Of a stretch of 64,000 bases of DNA, positions 25,979-35,026 are shown piece by piece. The position numbers and the translations under genes were made by a program. This DNA is from Desulfurococcales archaeon (GTDB lineage: Archaea; Thermoproteota; Thermoprotei_A; Sulfolobales; Acidilobaceae). The stretch's first letter is position 1. Every line of letters begins with the position of its first letter. The notes beneath the pieces are model-generated. The model was not told the origin of the DNA. It did not search any database and was given only the letters and a program-made list of their open reading frames with translations. The DNA lies in assembly GCA_015521185.1 (NCBI GenBank), contig WAOS01000018.1, positions 2,007 through 66,006 on the forward strand, in the 5' to 3' direction.

Positions 25979-28377
25979 CTCCCGAGAAAATCGAGCAGCG
26001 TCTTCCGCTTTTTCCCTGAGAGCAAATCAACCTCCTTTACTCCGAAGTATGCGAGGATCCTCATGGCCGCCGGTATTATCTGCCTTTCAATATAGTAATT
26101 CACGTCGATCTCGTCTTTCGATACCATAAAGTACGGCCTAGCCCTCCTAGAGAGGTTGCCGCTCCCCTTGACGATCACGTATCCTATTTTCATGCCGGGC
26201 TTGACCTTTATTCCGGCCTTCTCCATGAGCTTTGCCGCATAGACGTGTGGCTGCTCCGCAACATACTCATCCGGCCTCTTAGTTAGGGTCTTCCATATGA
26301 TGAGTTTTCGAAGGTCGAACTCTCCTCTCTTCAGCTTCTCTATAACTTCTCTCACGTACTCGACAGCCTTGTTAACGTCTCCGGTTCGAAGTATTATCTC
26401 GGCCACCTTCAGCTGTATTTCCTTTGCCAGCTCGCTCCAGTCGCCCCTGACAGCCTCGAACCCTACTACGTCTATCTTGCCCTCCCGAGTCAGCCCTATG
26501 TACCTCTTCTTTGCTTCCGTGAAAAACACTTTTTTATATATTTTTTCTATTTTTATCTCAAACCCTAGTTCCTCCTCCACGAACCTTATGAGCTCCTCAA
26601 CCTTCTCGGGATCATACTTCACGAACAGGCTATCCGTGTCGCCATAGATAACCTCGAGCCCGAGACTCCTAGCTTTCCTTATCGCCGCCATAATTATCTC
26701 TCGGCCCCATGCTGTAACGCTCTCCGCGCAGGCCCTACAATACCAGCGGGCGTGCGGCCAACCCATGTAGCCGTAGGTTGCGTTGGCTAGAACCTTCACA
26801 GCTTTCTGCCTCTCGTCGAGGAGGCGATAGTACGGGTGGTCCTCCGGGTATTTCTTCATCTCCTCCTTTATACGTTTCCTGATGTCTAGGAACTTCTTTA
26901 TAGTGAGCTTGAAGAAGCCGTCCGGCCTCTTACGGAACCTGTGCCCCACGACAGGCGCTATGTAAACCTCGTCGTCAGGCACGTCCTCGCCAGGTAAAAC
27001 TAGAGTGTCAGGGCCTACGTTGTACTTCACCATTATATTGGGGTACATGCTAGCGAAGTCTAAGACAGCTATATCTTCGTGGACACCCTTTTTCGGCTTC
27101 AGAACTATAGCGCCGGTATAGGACTCCTCCCCCCTCTCCACTCGGTTAGGAGCCAGCTCGTCCCTCTTGAAGGCCTCCCTTATCAGCCTCCACTCCAGCC
27201 GGAAGCCTACGCTTGCCGCCATTACTTGGTCCATCGGGAGCCCGCTGACCTGGCTCATCTGGGCCCCGAAGGGCAGGAACTTCCCTGCTAAGCCATATGT
27301 GGCTGCGACGTCGTCTCTAGCGTATTGCAGGAGAATAGGCCTCTTCTCCGGGTCGTCCCAGTACTCGGGGATCTCCCACCATTCCAAGAGAACCCTCTTG
27401 TCTTTGGGCATTACGTTGAGATAATCCGCCACCTCCTCGAGAGTTTTGACCTTGATCTCATGGATCTCCTTCGCGAAATCGTAGAGATCTACGTTGAGCC
27501 TACCCGGAACACTCACGTGGCCGTAAACACTGGTCTGCGGCACCCCTCCCTTTTTCCTCCCCACATCTAGCGCTATACCCAAGACCTTGCTCCTATCGAC
27601 TAGATAGGGCCAGTCGAAGCTGTTCTGGTTGTAACCAACGATAATGTCGGGATCGTACTCTCGTATAGCTTTAACGAAGCCGAGTATAACGTCAGTATCT
27701 ATCTTGCCCTCCATGACGAGGAGCTGGGGCTCTGGGTTCTGATCGGTGGAGTAGCCAATTATTATCACTGGATCCTTCCTTGGGTCAGGGCTTCCCTGCT
27801 TAGTGTAAACCTCTATGTCAAAGGCCATTAGGCGGAGACCCTCCAGCGGGTCCTTATCTGCATACTCCGGGAGCTCCTCGATAGGGGCGCCGTGGGCCTC
27901 ATAGACCGCGTCTACTCTATACGGGCCCGTGCCACTCCGCTTACGGGCATCCACTCTATACCATCTCATCGGGTAGATGTTGTTATCTATGAGGAATCGC
28001 ATGCTGAACCTAATGTCGGCCTCGAGGACCTCCCTCACCGAGTCTAGGCGGAGGAACGCCTCCCTATACTCCCTTACCTTAGCAGGGATCCTAGTGGTTA
28101 TCCGAGCAGCAACAAGGGGGCGGCCAATGAGCTTTTTCCGGACCTCCTCGACCCTCATAATGGGGCTTCCGGGCCTGGAGAGGCGGACCGCGTCTCTCCT
28201 GATATCCTCAACTGTGTATCCCTCCTCTGGAACAGCGTAGAAGTACGGATAGAAACCCCTATAGCGGAGCACAATCCTCTTACCGTCCTCAGTTCTACCC
28301 CACATGATTAGCACTGGCTCGCTGGCTTCGACCTCATAAGTAATGTCAAGCAGCTGGAACACCACACTATCCGTCAA
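25975..28377 (-). CDS. polB: Family B DNA polymerase (size and layout like the PolB3/Dpo3-Thermococcus type)
   Basis: Exonuclease motifs FDIEVY, YNQNSFDWPYL and YARDDV. Polymerase motifs DFASMYPNIM, KVLANATYGYMG and YGDTDSLFV. No intein. Confidence 0.95.
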   Translation of the reverse strand: MTDSVVFQLLDITYEVEASEPVLIMWGRTEDGKRIVLRYRGFYPYFYAVPEEGYTVEDIRRDAVRLSRPGSPIMRVEEVRKKLIGRPLVAARITTRIPAKVREYREAFLRLDSVREVLEADIRFSMRFLIDNNIYPMRWYRVDARKRSGTGPYRVDAVYEAHGAPIEELPEYADKDPLEGLRLMAFDIEVYTKQGSPDPRKDPVIIIGYSTDQNPEPQLLVMEGKIDTDVILGFVKAIREYDPDIIVGYNQNSFDWPYLVDRSKVLGIALDVGRKKGGVPQTSVYGHVSVPGRLNVDLYDFAKEIHEIKVKTLEEVADYLNVMPKDKRVLLEWWEIPEYWDDPEKRPILLQYARDDVAATYGLAGKFLPFGAQMSQVSGLPMDQVMAASVGFRLEWRLIREAFKRDELAPNRVERGEESYTGAIVLKPKKGVHEDIAVLDFASMYPNIMVKYNVGPDTLVLPGEDVPDDEVYIAPVVGHRFRKRPDGFFKLTIKKFLDIRKRIKEEMKKYPEDHPYYRLLDERQKAVKVLANATYGYMGWPHARWYCRACAESVTAWGREIIMAAIRKARSLGLEVIYGDTDSLFVKYDPEKVEELIRFVEEELGFEIKIEKIYKKVFFTEAKKRYIGLTREGKIDVVGFEAVRGDWSELAKEIQLKVAEIILRTGDVNKAVEYVREVIEKLKRGEFDLRKLIIWKTLTKRPDEYVAEQPHVYAAKLMEKAGIKVKPGMKIGYVIVKGSGNLSRRARPYFMVSKDEIDVNYYIERQIIPAAMRILAYFGVKEVDLLSGKKRKTLLDFLGS

Positions 28378-28440
28378 TGAGCGTGCACCCCCAGGATATT
28401 TCGCGGCGCTCTACCATAGACCATGTCCCGCTTCGGCGGC

Positions 28441-28446
28441 TATATA
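28441..28446 (+). promoter_or_regulatory. Candidate TATA box (TATATA) upstream of tmk
   Basis: It lies about 40 nt upstream of ATG 28486, in the polB/tmk divergent spacer. Confidence 0.35.
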
Positions 28447-28485
28447 CCGTAGCGACAACAATCCTCTCTACGGTGTCCGCCGCCA

Positions 28486-29187
28486 ATGACAGCGCCTGGT
28501 GCTCTCATCGCTTTCGAGGGAGTAGACGCCAGCGGCCTCACAACTCACTCCCGCAGAGCCGTGAGTATGCTCAGCAACGCCGGCCTCCCCAGCGTCTACA
28601 CTAAGGAGCCCACCACGGGGCCTATAGGGCGGGTCATACGGGAAATGCTGGCTTGGAACCATGAGAACCACGACCTCCTCGCTCTACTGTTCGCCGCGGA
28701 CAGGGTATGGCATTACCGGCTGGATCCCGGCCTCCCCGGCGGCGGCATTAGGGGGGCTATAATGGAGGGCTACATAGTTGTGTCGGACCGCTACAAGTAC
28801 TCAAGTATGGCCTACCAGGGATCATACATTGGTGTGGACCTAGTCGATAAGATGAACGCTTGCGCTCCAGAGGCCGATATCATGGTATTCATAGACCTCC
28901 CAGTAGAGATAATCCTTAGGAGGCTCTCGACTAGGGGGAGAAGGGAGCTCTACGAGGAGGAGCAGAGAATCAGGCGTATAAAGAGGACATTTGAAAGCGT
29001 TATTGAGATCGCTAGGAATAGGGGGGTGCGGGTCCTCCGCGTTAACACTGCCCCGAAAAACAGTGAAATGAGTATCGAGGAGGCGTCGAAGATTATAGTT
29101 GATAATCTCTTGAAAGAGCTTAACAGTGTCCTAGCTTCCTCAGGACGCCTCTCTCTTCAACCTCTAGACAATCGTTGTCCCGTATAG
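28486..29187 (+). CDS. tmk: Thymidylate kinase homologue with a non-canonical P-loop
   Basis: Contains IAFEGVDASGLTT (canonical FEGxDGxGKST), TKEPTTGPIG, LLFAADRVWH, VSDRYKYSSMAYQG, and an Arg-rich LID RLSTRGRRE. Confidence 0.7.
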   Translation: MTAPGALIAFEGVDASGLTTHSRRAVSMLSNAGLPSVYTKEPTTGPIGRVIREMLAWNHENHDLLALLFAADRVWHYRLDPGLPGGGIRGAIMEGYIVVSDRYKYSSMAYQGSYIGVDLVDKMNACAPEADIMVFIDLPVEIILRRLSTRGRRELYEEEQRIRRIKRTFESVIEIARNRGVRVLRVNTAPKNSEMSIEEASKIIVDNLLKELNSVLASSGRLSLQPLDNRCPV

Positions 29188-29509
29188 CTTCGAACACCTC
29201 CCTAGGGAGTCCCTCGTATAGGGGGATCCCGGCTATTATCGCGCCTGTGATCACTATAGGCTCGCTCTTCGTCATGACTATCGCTGCGGGCTCATTACCG
29301 TAGTACTTGAGCGCGTATATTATGTAGCTGCCAACAGTGCTGCCCCTGGACCTCCCAATCACGAGGATCCTCCCTCGGATGGGCCTCCCATCGGCTACAA
29401 GGACCCCTCGAACGGGGTCTACCTCCCCGTAGAAGCTGAGGCTCTCCACTTTGAGGGCGGGCCCCCTAGCGTTGCCAGGCACTATGGGGCGTAGATTAGC
29501 AAGAATCAT
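29120..29509 (-). CDS. Aconitase X swivel-domain protein (DUF126); putative phosphomevalonate dehydratase small subunit
   Basis: 129 aa with the typical DUF126 core (LSFYGEVDPVRGVL..., ILVIGRSRGSTVGSYIIY..., PAAIVMTKSEPIVITGAIIAGIP). It overlaps the DUF521 gene by 4 nt. Confidence 0.75.
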   Translation of the reverse strand: MILANLRPIVPGNARGPALKVESLSFYGEVDPVRGVLVADGRPIRGRILVIGRSRGSTVGSYIIYALKYYGNEPAAIVMTKSEPIVITGAIIAGIPLYEGLPREVFEAIRDNDCLEVEERGVLRKLGHC

Positions 29510-30699
29510 CTTGCTCCACCCGCTATCTCTAGGAGCTTGCTTAGTGGTGCCAGGCCTACGCTCTCGTACCTCTTGCTCAGGTAGAAGTATGCCTTGTAGC
29601 TGTTTGTCGCTATGCGCATGCTCTTAGCCCTGCTCACTATGAGGCAGGTGCTCCTCAGGAATAGGACACCCTTACTCCGCAGCCTCTCGATGAGGCCGAG
29701 TGACTTGGCCCTCGCGTAAACGTCTCTGCTCAGAGTGACTAGAACCGGGATTCTGGCCTTTCCGAGTCTCGCGTTTATGAGAGCTAGCTCTTCTAGACTA
29801 GCGTGCGGGCACCCGACGAACACTAGATCCACGCCCTCGTCCGGCTCGAGCTCCGCTAGCCTGCGCTTGAGCGCGCCCTCGGGAACCACCTCAAACTTCT
29901 CCGGCTCGGGCGGCTTGGGTAGGGGAGTCACGCCGGGGATTACCGCCATCCCTATGCTTCCCGCTGCTCCGAGGGCTGCGGCGAACTCTCTCACCTCGTA
30001 ATCCCTCGGGGGCCTGGGAACCTCTATCATTGGCGGTTTCTCGCTCTCATGGTTCTCCGCTAGGTACTCTGCCAGGACGCCGAGGACAGCCTCGTCATAG
30101 CTAGTGCCAATCTTGTAGGCATGACTAGGCATCCTGTTCTCGTCGACCTGCAGTCCGTAGAGATAAGTTCTTCCCGTGATAGCCGCCATTAGGGCTAGCG
30201 GTCCGCCCTCTCTGTTAGTCTTTAGCCCGAGGACCGTGTTGGCATATGCGACCGCGCTGCTCTCCCCCCAGGCTACCCGGTCCCCAACGCTAAGACTGTA
30301 TTTCTCGAAAGCCTCAGTATAGTAGGGGGTGCACGTTAGGAGCAAGTCTGCCCCCATCCTCTTGAGGGCCTTAAGAATCCTCTGCTGCCCCCTGATAAAC
30401 TCTCTCGATACGACAAGTATCCCGGCGCCATCCGGATCCTCGGGATCGTAGCCTATGGGGTTCACGCTTGTGGGCACTCGGAATCGTGCTCCCGAGCTGG
30501 CAAAGCTCTCGAGCAGGACAGCGCCAGCCTCTCCTATGGTGCCATAGGAGACCCCGGAGACGTGGGCGTGCTTTATGGGGACTAGCCTGGGCGCGCCCAG
30601 AGACTCTGCAACCCTAACTATGACCTCCATGGCCCTCGCGACAGCCTCGCCGTGAGCGCCGTACAGCATCTCCTCCTCTTCACGCGTGAGCTCTACCAC
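29506..30699 (-). CDS. Aconitase X catalytic-domain protein (DUF521); putative phosphomevalonate dehydratase large subunit
   Basis: 397 aa. The start MVELTREEEEMLYGAHGEAVARAMEVIVRV...IKHAHVSGVSY is the characteristic DUF521 opening. Conserved Cys residues follow (LLLTCTPY, FVGCPHAS, RSTCLIV). Confidence 0.8.
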   Translation of the reverse strand: MVELTREEEEMLYGAHGEAVARAMEVIVRVAESLGAPRLVPIKHAHVSGVSYGTIGEAGAVLLESFASSGARFRVPTSVNPIGYDPEDPDGAGILVVSREFIRGQQRILKALKRMGADLLLTCTPYYTEAFEKYSLSVGDRVAWGESSAVAYANTVLGLKTNREGGPLALMAAITGRTYLYGLQVDENRMPSHAYKIGTSYDEAVLGVLAEYLAENHESEKPPMIEVPRPPRDYEVREFAAALGAAGSIGMAVIPGVTPLPKPPEPEKFEVVPEGALKRRLAELEPDEGVDLVFVGCPHASLEELALINARLGKARIPVLVTLSRDVYARAKSLGLIERLRSKGVLFLRSTCLIVSRAKSMRIATNSYKAYFYLSKRYESVGLAPLSKLLEIAGGAR

Positions 30700-30702
30700 G
30701 CC

Positions 30703-32067
30703 TCAGCCCCTCGGTATTGTCGCGCGCTCGAACTTCGAGCGGTCCCCCTTTATTGTAGCGTCTATCCCCATCTTGGCAACCATGCCTTCCCGCCCGCTCG
30801 GGTCGAGGGTAGAACCTCTCGCTTCCTTCACGATCACAAGATCCCGGTCCGCCTGGAACCTTGTTGCGATGGCCCACTCTACCTCCCTCGGACTGTCCGG
30901 ATCGATATCTCCGTCCACGACTATCACATGCTTAAGGCTTGGGTGGGCTGAGAATGCGGCCATTATCGCGTTCTTGCCGTCGCCAGGGTGGTTCTTATCT
31001 ATGCTAACGACAGCGTGGAGCCACCCGCCCCCGCCAGGCGTAAGCCTTACCTTGTAGACCCTGGGGACCACTCTCGATACTGCCTCCCAAATCGATATCT
31101 CGCGTGGGAACCCCATGAGCATGACATGCTCCATCCCGCCGCTGAGTATCACGTGGGACGGGATATCCCTACTAATGTACACCTCATCGACCCGGAGAAC
31201 CGGCTGCCTCCTCACCTTATCGTAGAGCAGGAGTATGTCTGCGAATGGACCCTCCTCCCTGGTCTCGCTAGTTAGGCGCCCCTCTATGATAGCTCCAGCA
31301 ACCGGTATGGGGTTCCCATGGACGGGGCTCTCGACCAGCGCGTCACCTAGTATTCTAGCCGCGATCGCGAGCTCGAAAACTCCTCTAGGGGGGCTGAATG
31401 CCGACGCGATCATGTAGGCCGGGTGTACTCCTAGCACTATCGTTACTGGCAGGTCCTCCCCCCTCATGACGGCCTCGCGATACATAGTGTAGAGGTGGCG
31501 GGGCACGAGCCTAACGACTCCCTCCCTCTCCCCCGTCACCATGACGCGATGAATACTAGCATTACAGGAGCCATTATAGCATGCCACGAACAGTGATGCT
31601 GTGAGGTAGAGACCACCGTCTCTCTCGTAGAACTTGGCAGCTGGGAGCGATAGAAGGCCCTTGGGGGCCCTGCTATAGTTGCCGGGGAACCCCTCGACCC
31701 TCGGCTCATCCCCGCTAAGGCCGGATAAGACTCGCCTATACGCTTCCTCGTCGCTCCCGACGCCGAGGGCCTCGTAGAGCTTCCTCCTAGTGTCGACTAG
31801 GTTGCCGACAGCGTCAGTGTCTGATCCCGCCACTCTGAAGAGTACAGGAGGTCCCCCCTCCTTCTCGAGTAGGAGCCTTGCCGGCGCGTACTCTCTTGGT
31901 AGTGGCTCGCCTCTGAGGTCCTCGTATCCGGTCCGCTCCAGGAAGTTCCAGAGGCTTCTAGGCAAGCCGTCTAGCACCTCTGAGTGCAATGGTGAGGCTG
32001 GCAAGCAAATCTTTATCTCTAAGCACCGACTCGAGAGGCCCGCGCGAGGGGTTCGAGGTCGAGCCAT
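30703..32067 (-). CDS. UbiD-family (prenyl-FMN dependent) decarboxylase; putative anhydromevalonate phosphate decarboxylase
   Basis: UbiD-like along its length (…NASIHRVMV…, EGPFADILLLYD, VIVVDGDIDPDSPREVEWAIATRFQADRDLV). The longest ORF overlaps the upstream gene by 110 nt, so the real start is probably internal (for example GTG 31977). Confidence 0.8.
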   Translation of the reverse strand: MARPRTPRAGLSSRCLEIKICLPASPLHSEVLDGLPRSLWNFLERTGYEDLRGEPLPREYAPARLLLEKEGGPPVLFRVAGSDTDAVGNLVDTRRKLYEALGVGSDEEAYRRVLSGLSGDEPRVEGFPGNYSRAPKGLLSLPAAKFYERDGGLYLTASLFVACYNGSCNASIHRVMVTGEREGVVRLVPRHLYTMYREAVMRGEDLPVTIVLGVHPAYMIASAFSPPRGVFELAIAARILGDALVESPVHGNPIPVAGAIIEGRLTSETREEGPFADILLLYDKVRRQPVLRVDEVYISRDIPSHVILSGGMEHVMLMGFPREISIWEAVSRVVPRVYKVRLTPGGGGWLHAVVSIDKNHPGDGKNAIMAAFSAHPSLKHVIVVDGDIDPDSPREVEWAIATRFQADRDLVIVKEARGSTLDPSGREGMVAKMGIDATIKGDRSKFERATIPRG

Positions 32068-32566
32068 TCTCTGGCACTATAGCATATACGATATCCTCTG
32101 ACTCCAGCGATTCCACGGCCCGAAGCATGCCCTCGCCGTCGCCCACAAGGACCTCGACACCACTATTCGGTATGCGGTCCGCCAGGCTCCTCACAGCGGG
32201 GCCGATACCCTCGCAATCCACCTTCCTAGCGACCACGACATACGGACCGCCAATCACCACTAGCCCGCACTTCCTCCCAGGATCAACTCCTATTGTCAAC
32301 CGCCCGAGGCTACGCCTCGGATAGGACAATGCGAGGGCCAGGCCCGCTAAGGGGTCCCTATGCGCTACAGCCGGGATGCCTAGGCGCCTAAGCATTGGCT
32401 CGTAAAACCTGTGCTCGGGGCTACCCTTCTCGGGCAGAACAGCGACGTCGCCTCTGGGCAGCGACCCTGGCTGAGGTATGAGGAGGCGGACCCCCTGCGC
32501 CCGGAGCAGGGCACCCTTCTCCCAGGCGAGCCTCATGCCCGGCCCGTCTCCCCTCAGCCAGAGCAC
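31958..32566 (-). CDS. Hypothetical protein with RuvC/RNase H-like motifs
   Basis: The C-terminal half contains LTIGVDPGRKCGLVVIGG (beta-1 Asp), IVPENGSTS (Glu), and RDKDLLASLTIAL (resembles the RuvC DAxDAlaiA helix). The N-terminal 95 aa or so are unassigned. Confidence 0.45.
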   Translation of the reverse strand: MLWLRGDGPGMRLAWEKGALLRAQGVRLLIPQPGSLPRGDVAVLPEKGSPEHRFYEPMLRRLGIPAVAHRDPLAGLALALSYPRRSLGRLTIGVDPGRKCGLVVIGGPYVVVARKVDCEGIGPAVRSLADRIPNSGVEVLVGDGEGMLRAVESLESEDIVYAIVPENGSTSNPSRGPLESVLRDKDLLASLTIALRGARRLA

Positions 32567-32584
32567 TACCCTGCGCGTAGCCGA

Positions 32585-33412
32585 TCACCATCCATTTAAT
32601 CTTAGAATCTCCGGCGTCGGTCTTACAGCTAGGAGATAAGCCCCATAAAGATTTGCGTCCTCGCGGAGGGGATGCAGGAGTATGCGGGGGACCCTGCCCT
32701 GGAAGGAGTACTCCCGAACAAGCCTCCCAATGCTGGGGCCGATGAGGCCCGCCTCTACTAGCCCGCCGCCGAGAAGAATTATCTCGGGGTCGTAGCACGC
32801 CACTAGACTAGCGATGCCCGCCGCTACGACGCGGGGATCACCCTCCCGGCCCTGGAGAGCTCTACCGCTGTAGAGGGCTTCCCAGTGACCTCGGCCGCCG
32901 CAACCGCAGATGGAGCCGGAGCGGTAGTCAAGCACGATGTGGCCGGCCTCATGGCTGTCCCCCCTCCTACCCAGCAGGAGTCTGCCGGAGACCACGACTC
33001 CCACGCCAACCCCGGTCCCAAGAGCAATGTAGACTAGGTCCTTAGACCCTGTAATCTGCGAGCCGCTCCACGCTCCGGCGACAGCGTCGTTAACGAGCGT
33101 GACGGGCACTCCAAGCATATCCTCTAGGGGGCCACGGACCGGTATTCGCTCTGCAGGATGGTTCGGCGGGTTAACAACGCTCCCATCACTATAGTCTATG
33201 GGGCCGAAGATCGCGACGCCCACGGAGCGTGGCCGGGCCCCAGCTCTTTCCAGGAGAGTCTTCGCTATGTCGACTAGAGCATTACTCACCGCCTCACCAT
33301 CGGAAATCCTGGGGGTCGGGCTCCTCAGCTTGAAGAGGATTCTGCCGCCGCTGAAGATCGCCCCTCTAATCCACGTAGCACCTACATCAAAAGCTACCAC
33401 AACATCCTGCAT
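32585..33412 (-). CDS. ROK-family sugar kinase (glucokinase-like)
   Basis: ATPase N-terminus VVAFDVGATWIRGA, and the ROK zinc motif HIVLDYRSGSICGCGGRGHWEALYSG. Confidence 0.85.
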   Translation of the reverse strand: MQDVVVAFDVGATWIRGAIFSGGRILFKLRSPTPRISDGEAVSNALVDIAKTLLERAGARPRSVGVAIFGPIDYSDGSVVNPPNHPAERIPVRGPLEDMLGVPVTLVNDAVAGAWSGSQITGSKDLVYIALGTGVGVGVVVSGRLLLGRRGDSHEAGHIVLDYRSGSICGCGGRGHWEALYSGRALQGREGDPRVVAAGIASLVACYDPEIILLGGGLVEAGLIGPSIGRLVREYSFQGRVPRILLHPLREDANLYGAYLLAVRPTPEILRLNGW

Positions 33413-33499
33413 CCCTTACCCCCTAGAGCCCCTTACAATAAGTCTCGAACCGCACCGTTAAACTATAACCGCGAACACGATTCCATACGGGCGATCACG

Positions 33500-34237
33500 A
33501 TGAGCGAGCCCGTCATAAGAGGTAGGGATAAGCCCCTCCACATCGGACTAGACCAGCCTCTCCCGAAAACCGCGTTCATAATGGGGGACCCTGCTAGGGT
33601 AGAGATGCTCCTAGAGTATGCGGGAGGTGGCAGGGTACTCTCGAGGAAGCGGGGCTATGTCATAGGGCTTGTCGAGAACAGCAGTGGCAGTGCCGTGCTG
33701 GCTAGCCACGGAATTGGAGGGCCAAGCATGCTCATACTTGTGGAGGAGCTGAGCATGCTCGGGACTAGGAGGTTCATCCGCCTAGGAACCACCGGGGCGT
33801 TCGCGGGGAACGTGGGAATCGGCGACATTCTAGTCGCCGGGAGCGCCTGCATGATACCAGGGACTTGCGGACTAAGTCTTTACCACGATAAGGTGCCTCC
33901 CCCGCTTGCCGCCGATCCCCGCCTGGCGGAGAAGGCTCTCAGGCTCCTAGCAAGCGCAGGATTAGAGCCGAAGCTCGCCAGAGTGTTCTGCAGTGACAGC
34001 TTCTACGCGGAGTCGTGGAGAGTGTTCAAGCAGGTAGCCGCTGCCGGGTGCCATTCCGTCGATATGGAGACAGCTAGCCTCTACGGGATAAGCGCTATCC
34101 GCGGCCTAGAGAGCTTGTCCGTGCTCGTGGTGAGCAACATCATACGTGGGCAGAGCGAGGAGGTGTGGAGCAGCGAACCTATGAGTGAAAGGTTCAAGAG
34201 GGTCTTCCGGGCGCTGCTTCCCCTAGCCTTCGACTAG
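33500..34237 (+). CDS. Purine/uridine nucleoside phosphorylase (PNP_UDP_1 family, DeoD-like)
   Basis: Contains FIMGDPARVE, SHGIGGPSMLILVEEL, FIRLGTTGA and VDMETASLY. Confidence 0.8.
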   Translation: MSEPVIRGRDKPLHIGLDQPLPKTAFIMGDPARVEMLLEYAGGGRVLSRKRGYVIGLVENSSGSAVLASHGIGGPSMLILVEELSMLGTRRFIRLGTTGAFAGNVGIGDILVAGSACMIPGTCGLSLYHDKVPPPLAADPRLAEKALRLLASAGLEPKLARVFCSDSFYAESWRVFKQVAAAGCHSVDMETASLYGISAIRGLESLSVLVVSNIIRGQSEEVWSSEPMSERFKRVFRALLPLAFD

Positions 34238-35026
34238 GACTATGCTATCCTTGTGCTGGAGCTGCCTCGTGCTTAGGAGAAGCTTTCTACCTCCACCTGC
34301 CTCCACCCCCAGGAGGCCTCCCCAGTAGAACTTGACCTTGAACGAGCCTATTCCGTCCAGCCTCCTAACAATCCTGTAACCGTCGAACCCGCTAGGCGGG
34401 ACCACGCGAACTATGGGCCCGCTCCAGCTCACACCCAAAATCCTAGCAGCCTGCTCCGCCCAGTAAGCTAGGCGCGCTACGCTCTCTCCTATCGGCCGCC
34501 TAGCAGCCTGGACACTCCTCCTATGCGCCTCCTGCGCGAGCCCCCGGGAGGACAGCGTCATCTCCATCTTCCTAGCTTTATACGCCGAGTCAGTTGTGGC
34601 TAGGATGGTTGCAGTGATATGCGCCTGCTCCGCTAGCCTCTCAAAGACCCGGAACCTCCTCGTAACGCCCACCTTAGGCTTCCTGCCTCCGAAGTCCGTC
34701 ATATAGACGACGTACTCGGCCCGAATCTTAGAGTCGAGCATCCGACATGCTCCCAGTCCTCTCTCGCCGCGGAGCGTCAGGCAGAGCTCGTAGAGAGCCC
34801 GGTCCGTCCGCTTATGCTCCCTACAATATCCCTCGGCCGGAAGGTTACAGTATATCCTTTCCAAGGGATTATCTGGCCTATCCAGAGGGCCTGAGTGCCA
34901 CCTACAATACTCCACCCAGGGCTCAGGGGCTAGCCTGAAAACAGCGTTCTCCGGGGCCTCCTGCAGCTCGACCATGGCAGGGTCTTGAAGCAGGATTTTC
35001 GCCCAGGATATGCTATACTCTTTCAC
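34223..35026 (-). CDS. Hypothetical Cys/His-rich protein with a GIY-YIG-like segment
   Basis: Track ORF 34223-35314 trimmed to GTG 35026 (ATG 34975 is also possible). It contains YCRWHSG...YCNLPAEGYCREHKR, then YVVYMTDFGGRKPKVGVTRRFRVFERLAEQ. Confidence 0.5.
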   Translation of the reverse strand: MKEYSISWAKILLQDPAMVELQEAPENAVFRLAPEPWVEYCRWHSGPLDRPDNPLERIYCNLPAEGYCREHKRTDRALYELCLTLRGERGLGACRMLDSKIRAEYVVYMTDFGGRKPKVGVTRRFRVFERLAEQAHITATILATTDSAYKARKMEMTLSSRGLAQEAHRRSVQAARRPIGESVARLAYWAEQAARILGVSWSGPIVRVVPPSGFDGYRIVRRLDGIGSFKVKFYWGGLLGVEAGGGRKLLLSTRQLQHKDSIVLVEG

